NCBI GenBank assembly: GCA_013239625.1
Contig: MU054117.1
Location: 3,524,677-3,588,676 of the forward strand
Direction: 5' to 3'
Source: Lama guanicoe
Taxonomy: Eukaryota
Length of the DNA: 64,000 nt
This document shows, piece by piece, positions 53,291 through 64,000 of the stretch. The notes under the pieces were generated by a model that did no database searches, was not told where the DNA came from, and saw only the letters and a list, made by a program, of their open reading frames with translations. A program made the position numbers and the translations under genes. How positions within the stretch are numbered: the stretch's first letter is position 1; each line of letters opens with the position of its first letter.

Positions 53291-56200
53291 TCCGGGAGCT
53301 TGTGCTCTGCCAGTGGCCCGAGGAGCCCCGCCCTCGCAGCAGGTCCGCCCTTCCACAGATCAGAGGCTGTTTCTGGATAGGGAGTAAGCTGCCCACTTCC
53401 TAATGTTTTAGGAATGTGACATCAGCCCCGTTGTACGGAGATCATTTTTTCATTCATTCAACAAACATTGAGCATCTGTTATCTAGCGGTCACCCAGTTA
53501 GGTCCTGGGGCTGCAACCAGAATGTCAGAGGCCTTCGCTCGGACCGTGTAAATCACTCCACACCCTCCTTTCTTTCTTCTCCCTTACAATTCGGGGCGCA
53601 AGTCAGCTGGTTCACTCCCAGCCTGCCCAGGGCTTTAAGGGAACCCAGGTTGCTTACGTGGTTTGACTTCCTCAAGTGGGAAATGGAATCTGAACACAGG
53701 AAAGGGGTCAAAAATTGCAACATCCCTGTCCTCTTCCCAAAGCTTCGCTTTGCCCCTTCCTCTGCCAATTCCTGAGCTGACAAAATCGGGAATACCGACG
53801 GCAGAGTTTCTAGACAGCGTGGGGCCAGCCCCCAGCTGCCCCGGCTCCTCCATCCTTGGTCTCCCTGTTTTTGACAAGAGAGCAGGAACCTATTTTGGGA
53901 GGATGCGAGGCTCTTCCCCAGCACAGGGCCCCTTCCTGGCTTTGGGAAGAACCAGAGGATTCGATTCGGCTGGAAGTGTTTTTCATGGAAATGGAATTCA
54001 AATTGGAACCTTATGTCTGCTTTCTCTGAGCCGCAGAGCAAGGCTGGAGCCTGGCTTACATCAGCCGGACCCAGCGTCTGCAGCCCTGCTGACGCTGATT
54101 AGCCAAGCTGATGGCTTCTCCCTAAATGAGGGACCTCATGCCTGTCCTTTCCCTGTAAGGACTCCCTTCTGGTGACGAGACAGAAGCTCAGAGGGTCGGC
54201 TCCGCAATCAGGAGCCTGTGACTGGGTTGAGCTCTGGTCCCTCCCGAGCTCCTTCAGACATCCCCTCACTTCCCAGGAGGTGGTCTGTCCTCGGAGCTCA
54301 GCTGGCTTGGAACCTCCACTCTGCCACTTACCCACCAGCTGAGCGACTCTCTGCAAGTTACTTGGCTTCCGTGGGGGCTGCAGCTACTGTTGCTGCGTGA
54401 TTAGGTACCAGCACCTAGTGTCTCAAAGCGTCCCTCTGCTTTCATCATAGCTCGCAATTCTCGGGCTCAGGAACTCAGACACGTCGCGGTGGGAATGTTC
54501 TGTATCTGCTCCGTGACATCGGGGGCCTCTGCTGGGATGATTTGAATGACTGGACTCTGGACTGGGTCTGGGTGGGAACAACACGTACCTTTCAGAAAAG
54601 AGGGTGCAGAGGAGAAGGAAGGTTCTGAGAAGGGTGCTTGGCGAGGCTTTGATGGCTTCAGAAGAAATGAATGAAGGGTGGGGACACCAAAGAGGGCAGC
54701 GCGATGACTCCCCTTCACCCTGGTCCCCTACTGCCCCCACAGCCCCCAGCCTCCAGCAGTCCCGAGGTCCAGCTCCACGGAGCCAGTGGAGTGCCACAAG
54801 CCTTGCGCTCAGCCTGGCGGCCAGCATCGTGGTCCCCTGAATTGTGTCTGGGGGGGAATGAAGTCCTCCTCACCCCAGGCCATTTCCAGGCTTCCTGAAG
54901 CACCGAGAGCACTGGGAGGAGGAATGAATCTTTTATAAAAGGCCATAAAACATGATTTGCTCCTTTGAGTGAATTAGAGGCTGTAGTTAAAAAAAGAGAG
55001 ACGCTCCCATCGGCTAGCCGGCAGTGCTGCATTATTCAGCCCCGGCTGGTTCATTACATCAGGACGGCAGAAGGATCAGAACACTCAAGTGACACTCTCA
55101 GCTCCCCAGGAAGGGAAGCAGCGTGTTGGAGGCTCAGCTCCATCCAGCTCAGACTCGCTGAGCAAGGGACAGTGGCTCTCTGCCTGCAGTGTGCTTGGGC
55201 GGAGAATGGCAAAAATGTTTTGGATGGGACGGGCTCCAGCTCCTGTGTATGTGCATCAGAAGGGGAGAGGGGAGTGGGTGATGCTAAGGGCGTGTCTCCT
55301 CCTTCGGTAGGACCCACCCTCACCTCCTACATCTCCCCTTCCAAAGCAGCTCCTTCATCCCCCAAGCCCAGAAGAGAAAACAGCCTAAAAGTGGACACCA
55401 GACATCCCCGTTCCAATCTCTGCATCCGACAGGCCACCCCACAAGGTCTTTGAGATGACCTTGTCTCCCCATCCTGCTTTGGGGACCTGCCCCTCTGTAA
55501 TTTCTTCTCCTTTAGGCTTCTGCAAACCCCTGACCCTGGAGGGAAACCAAAAATCCTTTCGCTTCTGTTTTGATGCAAAACTATTGAAATTCCTTTGCCG
55601 AAGCTTCCATCATAAACCGTGTCCTGTCGCTTTACCATTCTTAACCATCCAGTCCTCTTATTTGTCTTCAGAACTAAAAGAACTTTCTACTCCATGGGGT
55701 CTCAGGTTGGCGAAATCAACCAGAGGTATAAACCCGGAAACTACAGTTTCTTCAGCTGTGTTGAAGGTTCCAGATCAGTTTCTTCCGGATCATGTTCAGA
55801 GGACTTGCACTGCCTCCAGTGCGGGAAGAGGCAGGGGAGTATTTTCTCTGCCTTTTCGGAGAGGAAACGCTTGACAGTCCTGGCCCTTTTTGTTCTTCCA
55901 TTGACGACTGGCTTTTGGTGCCCCTCCCCGCTCATGCCTGCTAGGTGGGGCGCTGCCTGCAGTTCAAGTGGCTTTCAGTGTCTTGTGCAGGTCTCCTTCC
56001 TTCTGCACTCAACCCCGCCCTCCTGCACACATGCGCGTGCACACACACACACACACACTCATTCACTCACAGATGCATCTCCACTGGGTGTGCTTTCACT
56101 CCGCCAGTGCCTCGAGTAGCATGGTGTCTAGTGCAGTGAAGGCCGACCCTTTGGGAGCCTGTGGCCTCCCTTGTGTTACCTGCTTAGCCGCCGACGCTGT

Positions 56201-57354
56201 CTCTCCCAGGCCACACGCTCTTGCATCTCCCCGCCCTGCTCGCTTCATCCTCCTGTGTCTCATTGTTATTCATCAGCTGACATGATGCGCGCCTGTTATG
56301 TGGAGGCTCTTTGTCTTACTAAGCCCGGGGAGAAAGGCTGAACAGACGGGGTCCTTGTCCGGGTGATGATGGGGCTCTCTGGGGGACCGTGCTTCTCTGT
56401 GATCTGCTGCTCCATCCCAGATGAGTTTGCTCTTTATAACCCACAAGGCAGAGCAATCCTGCTGAATCAAGAGAACTGGGTTCCAATCACCGTAGCTGCA
56501 AGACTCCAGAAATGTCACTTACTCATCCTGAGGTCCTGTTCTGTCACCTGCAAAATAATGCAGCCGAGGGAGGTGATGGTCCCTGTCACTTCTTGGTTTC
56601 TATGATTTAATTTTCTCCAATTATGTTCTATACAAATCTCTCAAAATGGGAGGTTTGGTGGAAAAGAGGCTTCCATGGTTAAATCTGTTTGGGAAGCATT
56701 GGCTTAAATCATCTTAAGTGACGCATCAGAACTTTTAATATTCAGGTATGTGCTGTGAACATCTCTGAGATCAAGTGTCGGATTCCCAAACTCATTCCAT
56801 GGAGTGTGTGTGTGTGTGTGAGCATGTAGCCATCACTATCTTTAGAAAATATTTATTAGCACATTAATAAACCAAAGGTTCTCAACTTCATTAATTGTGA
56901 AGTTTTAGCCACAGTCCATGATTCCACTGGAGATGTCAGCTGAGCACCAGAGTCAGACATAGGTTGTTGCCACCTCCATGTGTACAAGGTTAGGTCAGAA
57001 AAAGGGCAAGGAAGAGCAGAAATTCAGGCCAGTTCAGTATAAACACATGAGAAAATCTCTGCCGAATGATATGGTGGGAGCAGCAGGGGATGGGGGGAGA
57101 ACAAAGCAACAAGAAGAACAAAAGCAAGCACTCTGCCGTGCACCTGAAACTAACATTGTGAATCAACTACACTTCAAGAAAAAGCAAAATAAAATAAAAA
57201 ACTTATGGGGAAGAAAAGAACAAAAGAGTTGGCCAAAATTAAGTTTTTGAAATGAATTTCATGATTCAGGTTCAATTTTTTTCTGGTAGCCACAGAAAAT
57301 AGAATATTCATGACCTCTGTTGTTTGTTATCTCCAAGCGGGAAAACAAGTAGGT

Positions 57355-59415
57355 GTATCTGTCAGGAGAGGCTAGGTTAAGCTGCAGTAATAAACATCCC
57401 ACGTGTTCTACTGAAAGATGATTCATTTCTCAGACTGTGTCACTGGTATTCTCAGGGCCCTAGGCGGAAGGAGCAGCCAGTTTCTCAGGTGCTCTGGATC
57501 ATTATAGCAGAGGAAATTTGCAGGCCAGATACGGCACATGTCACAACGCACCGGCTGGAACTGGTCACCTGATCCTGCCATGCCACACATGAGCCGGGAG
57601 GGACAGCATCCTACCGTGTGCTCAGACGGCAGAGAGCTGGAAATATCCTGTAAACAGCAGTAATGACCACCGTCGCCTGCCCTCCTGATCATGACATGTT
57701 TGACTCTCACAGGCAAAATGGCAAAATACACTCACTCTCTAAGGGAGGCCACCCAGAATGCCAGGCAGTCCTGGTACCAAGCTCAAAGTCTAGGCTCTCC
57801 AGTGGTGTGTAGTAGTCTTTGTGTCCAGAGGGACTGTTCCGGTCTTTGCATCACTTATGGGTGTGGCTCCTCCTTATTCGGAAAACTAGGGAACCAAAAA
57901 GACAAGTTATCTGTCCCTCTCCCACAACACAACAGGCAAGCATTGATGTGGTACAGGACAACCTTAAAAAAGATTCCGTTCAGAAAGGGGAGAGATGGAA
58001 GCAGTGCGGCCATCACTGGACGTGGTGGTTCTGAATCCCACTAAGCAGAGGCAGGTCCTCATCTGGCTGTGAGGGAGGGGCTCGCAGCCTTCTGTTCTCT
58101 GTCCCCTGGCTTCTCCCTCTAGAACATTCCTTTCTCACTGTCATCTTCCTTGGTCATGTCTGAGACAGGCATTGCCTGTTACATGCTCCTTGGGGACTAA
58201 GCAGATTTCTCTGCCTGCTTCTTGACCATAAAAATTTAGGAGCCTAAAGGTTGTTTCAAGTCCTGAACGATCATGGATGGGTGAGTCCAGGTCATGGTCC
58301 TCTGGCAGCATGACTGATGGAAACCCTCTTAGGCCTCTCCTATCGGTCCAAGCAGTTTTATGTGCTGATAGCCAGTAACCACACCCATGGTTCTGCTTGA
58401 GACAAACCTAACAGTGGGTAATTCGAGCCTATTAATTTCCTCTGGGGAGTTATACACTTCTAGTTTCTCCCCCGCCCCTACAAGACACTACGTCTGATTC
58501 AAATAGTTATTCTGGGGGGAAGCCACAACTTTAATTAGGTGTTTGCTCTAAAACACCTTATTTCTTTCAGAGTTATTAGCAGTGGGCGTGGTTGCTCTCC
58601 GTTTGATTTGTTCCAGGAAGCAAGTCTGAGTGCAATCAGCCCTTCCTGCACAGAGGTCCTCTAAGGGTCGTTCACTGCTCACTGGGGATGAAGCTGCTGC
58701 CTCTGCCAACGCTGAAAATCCCCACATTTCTGAACTCTCTCTTGTCCATTTCATCTCTGCTTGGCCAAGAGTAGCCACCGTGCAAAGCTAACAATCTGTT
58801 TTCCAACTCCTTCATCGATATGCAAGGTTTTAGGTCCATTATCTGCCTTCTAAGATATCACAGGCAACCATTTTTCAAATATTTTGCCACTTTTAACATG
58901 GATTGCCCATAACAGCCTCCAGTGAGGTGTCTTCACTGCCTATCATCTGGTCCCTGAACCAATGTCACAAATTTTAGGTTTTGGCTGTAGCAGCCTCTCA
59001 AATCTGGGTACCACTGTGAATCAGTTTGGATAGACCCTATTACGCTGTGGTGCTCAATCAGCCCCCACATATCAGAGAATTAGAACAACAAAAGATTGTT
59101 TCTCACTCACACTACATTCCTGTTGCTTGGTCTGGGGCCCTGCCCCATGTCCCCTCACCCTGGGATCCACCTCACTCTGCCAGCAGCCACTGCCACGGGT
59201 GATGCTGGCCATTGGGGCCAGGGTAAAGAAAGCTCGCAAGGCTTTTGCACTGGTCATTAAATGTTTTGGTCCAGAAGTGACACACTTCCGCTTACAACGC
59301 GCTGGTCTGAACTATGGCCTGGCCCAACCACAAGTGAGCTGGAGCACACAATCCCCCGCCATCCTGAAAGGCAGAGAGCTGGAGACACTCGGGAACAAGC
59401 ACTAATGATGCCGCA
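57355..59415 (-). mobile_element. Ancient MaLR (MLT1) element with two LTRs (~57355-57670, ~59015-59415) and internal sequence
   Basis: Both ends share matching blocks (ggcagagagctggaaatatcctgtaaacagcagtaatga vs ggcagagagctggagacactcgggaacaagcactaatga); the intervening sequence is MLT-int-like. Confidence 0.65.
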
Positions 59416-59667
59416 GCAGGGGAATGGAAGGAAGGAGTAGGCTGCAAACTTGTAATTCTAACACATTCTCTTGGGATCCTCCCTGAACGATAAGGCATTC
59501 TTTATAGATTTCTTGGCATGGTGAGCCATTTCCTAGGGCTGTGATTTGCATGACGCAGATGTCTAATGCATTCCTTTTTCAAGGTACAGCTTCACTCAAC
59601 TGAAAGCTGTTAGATTTTTCTCTAGCAGATTCCGGAGCATCGTTAACTGCATTACCACCTGTACTTG

Positions 59668-59827
59668 ATATCACCACCATCATCACCGCCATCATCACCA
59701 TCATCGTCATCACCATCATCACCCCCACCAGCACCACCATCATCACCGCCATCACACCATCATCATCATCACCGCCATCGTCACCATCATCACCACCATC
59801 ATCATCATCACCAGCATCATCATCATT
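59668..59827. repeat. (CAT/CAC)n imperfect trinucleotide repeat
   Basis: About 160 bp of catcaccaccatcat…. Confidence 0.95.
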
Positions 59828-60039
59828 AAAATCTTTGGCTAAGCAGCTAATTACAAGTGATGCTTATCTACAAGATACGTATCTGCATTTGTCTTTCCCC
59901 CTGTCACTTTGCTCCCAGGGAAAGCCCAGAGATAGGGACATGATCATGGTGCTTATGAAGACTAAATTAACAGAAGGGCACCTTAGGTCTAAGTCGGTCC
60001 CAGTTTTTGGTTTCCAGGACAACCCTTTCTCTAGGTTTC

Positions 60040-60610
60040 CTGTTACCTCAAGGAAAACCCCTTGGTCTCCTTTGCTGGCTCCTCTTCCTCCTGAAGTTAA
60101 ACTGCAAATTGTATAGCGCTGTGAAGGACTTGGTCCTGATTATATTTCTCTTCATTGTCCATATTCTGTGTCTCTAGAGGACTTTAATGCCATGGATTTA
60201 AATATTTTTAAATATTTTGAATTCATACATCATAAATGTCCCCCTTCCTCCATCTTCCAGACCTGGATAAGCAATCTCCTCCTTGATGTCTCCATTCATA
60301 TGTCTAACTTGCCTCTCTAGATCAATACATCTAAAAATGAGGTGGTCTTGATTGATCCCAACCTGTTTAGTCCCTCATCTTCCTTTTCTCAATCAGTGGC
60401 ACCACCAACTCGCCTGGTTACTCACACAAAAAACCTGGTGTCCATGGTCTGTTTCTCATGTCCTGTCCATCACCGATTCCTGCCGATTCTACCTCCAAAA
60501 CACCTCCCCAAGCCCCACCCCTCCTGTCTCTCTCTCTACTCATCCTGCCTTTCATGTAGTCCGGGTCACACCGTCTTTTTTCCCAAGTCACTCCAATCCT
60601 CTAGCCTTCT
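60040..60610 (+). mobile_element. LINE-2 fragment
   Basis: ctcctccttgatgtctccattcatatgtctaac…tttctcaatcagtggcaccacc…tcctgccgattctacctccaaaac. Confidence 0.7.
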
Positions 60611-62763
60611 AGGCTTTTCTTTTGTCACTTTGTGATTCACAATAGAATAAGAAAAGTCTATGTTGCCATGAAACTGGGGCTCAGTGAACACCGGGGAAGT
60701 TCACCTGTCACTGGAGGTGGCTTGCAGTCCATAGACGGGGTTGGCCCTCTTGCCTTCCTTCTCATTGGAACTGGTGCTTCTAAAGGTGTGATTTTACTCA
60801 CCCTTAATTTTTGCCCGAGAGGAATGATCTAGCAGCACTGGGCTTTTCTAAAGCGAAAGAATGAGCCTCTTTCACAAAAGAACTACAAACAGAAGTCTGA
60901 TTCATGAACTTGCTAATGGGTTTTCCCTCCAGGGGGACCTCCCCGCGCACAGTGAAACCTCTCCTGACGCCTGACGTGAAGGTAACCACAGAGCATCAGC
61001 TCTGCTGGCAGCTTGGCAGTCTTAGCCCAAGCGGCACCCAGAGGGCTGTTCCCGCCACCGTGTTAGGCTGGGCATCCTTCTGGCAGAAGTCAGGCTCCTT
61101 CCCATGATTCTCCGAGGTTTGTTTTGAAGAGTTGCTGCCCTAGTTGACTACCTCGTAAACAAGAATGGCCATGATGAAAACAAACATGTTACAAGAATTG
61201 ACCGTCAAAGACAAAAGGAATCATGGCAGTCAATTTACAACCCAGGAAACAATTACAGATAATTGGACAAGGGCTAAAAAAGAAGAGTACGTTCTATATT
61301 GTACTTGTAGGTTCCCTTTTCTTTTTCTTGAAGTGTTTTTGTTTTCTGAATGGAGCAAATCACTAGTGCAAAGTCTGAACTGCTTAATTACATAGTCTGT
61401 GAATAGGAAAAATATTGACTTGGGTGACTGGGCGCACTCGCTGTCTCCCTGTTCACTGGAACCTGCAAGGTGAGAGGAGGGAGTGGAAATTAATAGAACA
61501 AGCATAGAAAGGCAGCAGAAACGACTGCCCACCTTCCTGAGGCTTGATGAGGGGCAGACTAGGGAGTGAAGACACAGCAAGGTGGTAGTCTGTCTCCTAC
61601 CCACTCACAGCTTGACCTCCGCACTGCACATCCGGGAAACTTAGTGCCCTACTCCTCCTGCACCCACCCCACTGGGAGTGAACCGCTGTGGTTTTAAAAC
61701 CCTCTGTGCCATACAAAGAACTCGCACACGAATCTTGTGGTTTGAGAGTACCTTTGCATATCCTTCCCATCACGGTCATCAGTGAACTCTTACCAATGAC
61801 CTTATCTGCACAAGAAGCTACACAAAAGCACCTGGCTGTCAGACAACTTCTTCTGTCCATAGCCACCCCCAAAGGCGGACACTGAGGCACAGGGAAGCAG
61901 ATGTCAAATTTTCCCATGAAAGCAGCAGTGTGAAACGATCAGACCAAAGCTCCCCCACCAGACCGCAACCTGTCCGATCTAGTGACCAAAGACTCTACCA
62001 GTCTCTGGCCGTAGGAAAACCATTCTTACCTCCTCCCTCCTGGAGGGTTAAGGAAGGAGTCTCTACAACAAACTTTGGTCCCTACCCAAACACTGCCAGG
62101 TGGCCTTCCTTGTAACATGACCCAGGTGCAGAGGCCAGCTTCCTCATAGGACTGTGAGGAGTGAGTGAGATGGTGCAGGGGAAGCACCCAGAGGGGGCCA
62201 GTACATGCTAGATACTCAGGAAGTGCAGCTAACGGTTCCAGCACTCTTATACGCCCCACGCCCCCTCCCCTTTTTTTCTGGGCTGCGCATTAAGCAGACA
62301 CTCCAGAGTTGTTTCCAGGGAGGCTGGGAGCAAGTGTTTTCCAGGATGTACTTCCCTGGGCTATGGTACCTGAGATGGCAGGTTCTTTCTTCACTGGAGC
62401 TGCTGTCCCAAACCCCAGGACTTCCTTGGAAAACTTCCGATGGGACAGGCAGTGGGAGACTTCTCACCCTTTTCTGTGCTATCACTTTGCAGTCCTAGGA
62501 GAATGACAGCCTTGCCCTCCCATGTTTGCAAAGGGAGCCATGGGATTCTCTGGGGACCGACACTGGAGTACAATTTAAATTGGAAGTGCTCCAGAGAGCA
62601 AAAGATGCTTCCTTTTTTTTTAAGAAGTAGAGACTGAAGGAGTTGGCAAATGGGCCTTCGTAAATACAGAAGGACGAAATAGGATTTGATTTTTTCATTA
62701 AATTTCTGGGTGAGTGGAGGCACAGAGCTCGGTGCGGGGCGCGGGGGATGCGGGGGGAGCGGG

Positions 62764-63049
62764 NNNNNNNNNNNNNNNNNNNNNNNNNNNNNNNNNNNNN
62801 NNNNNNNNNNNNNNNNNNNNNNNNNNNNNNNNNNNNNNNNNNNNNNNNNNNNNNNNNNNNNNNNNNNNNNNNNNNNNNNNNNNNNNNNNNNNNNNNNNNN
62901 NNNNNNNNNNNNNNNNNNNNNNNNNNNNNNNNNNNNNNNNNNNNNNNNNNNNNNNNNNNNNNNNNNNNNNNNNNNNNNNNNNNNNNNNNNNNNNNNNNNN
63001 NNNNNNNNNNNNNNNNNNNNNNNNNNNNNNNNNNNNNNNNNNNNNNNNN
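62764..63049. other. Assembly gap (286 N)
   Basis: Run of N inside the GC-rich island. Confidence 1.
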
Positions 63050-63463
63050 CGCGCCCCGGCTCCGGGGCGGCCCCGGGGCCCTCTCGCAGGCGGGCGGCGC
63101 GGCTCCCAGGGTGGCCGTGGCGGCGGCGGCGGCGGCGACCTTGGCCAGCGGCGCCCGCGGTGGCCGTAGGGCGGAGGCCGAGCCCCGCCAGGAGTCTTGG
63201 CCGAGCCGGGGGGCGGCGCATCTGGCGCTTGGATCCCCGCGGCGGCCCGGGGTCTGGAGCTGCCGGAGGAGCGCGGCGGGAGCCGGGACGTGCCGACCCG
63301 TCCGGAGGGCGGAGCCCCGCGGCCCCGAGCCCAGTCTGGGGCGGGGCAGGGGGCGAAGCCACGGTCTTTTCGGGCGTCCAGCGGCACACGCGCCGGGCTG
63401 CGGTTCCAGGTACCCCCAGCTCTAGCTCGCAGCAGGCGCGGATAACTGGAGGCGCGGAGCTGA

Positions 63464-64000
<537 letters not shown>

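Noticed and set aside
59668..59827. Poly-His-encoding stretch
   Set aside because: Simple CAT/CAC repeat with no start codon or splice context.
60680..60730. cactggaggtggcttgcag faintly resembling the end of GALNT8 exon 1 (HLEVELQ)
   Set aside because: Too short, needs indels, has no flanking similarity or donor, and rests on memory; likely chance.

Overview
Mammalian nuclear DNA, probably camelid (a Vic-1-like tRNA-derived SINE lies at ~23.9-24.0 kb), syntenic with human 12p13.32. The window holds: the 5' part of AKAP3 on the minus strand (two candidate 5'UTR exons and two coding exons giving 805 codons; the last exon lies left of the window); a complete 11-exon NDUFA9 on the plus strand (1134 nt, 377 aa, all introns GT-AG), head-to-head with AKAP3 across a CpG island; a ~25.7 kb repeat-rich interval; and the start of the KCNA6 (Kv1.6) CDS at the right edge, behind a 286-N gap in its CpG island. 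Main observations: (1) no GALNT8 between NDUFA9 and KCNA6, where the human genome has it; (2) a chain of minus-strand exon-like units in that interval, possibly a GAU1-like antisense transcript or a decayed gene; (3) an out-of-frame uORF overlapping the AKAP3 start, downstream of a perfect CRE; (4) CpG/GC enrichment inside old repeats plus unusual NDUFA9 substitutions; (5) nested retroelements with readable target-site duplications. Comparisons with human proteins, gene order and repeat consensuses are from memory and need alignment. No prokaryote-type system is present.
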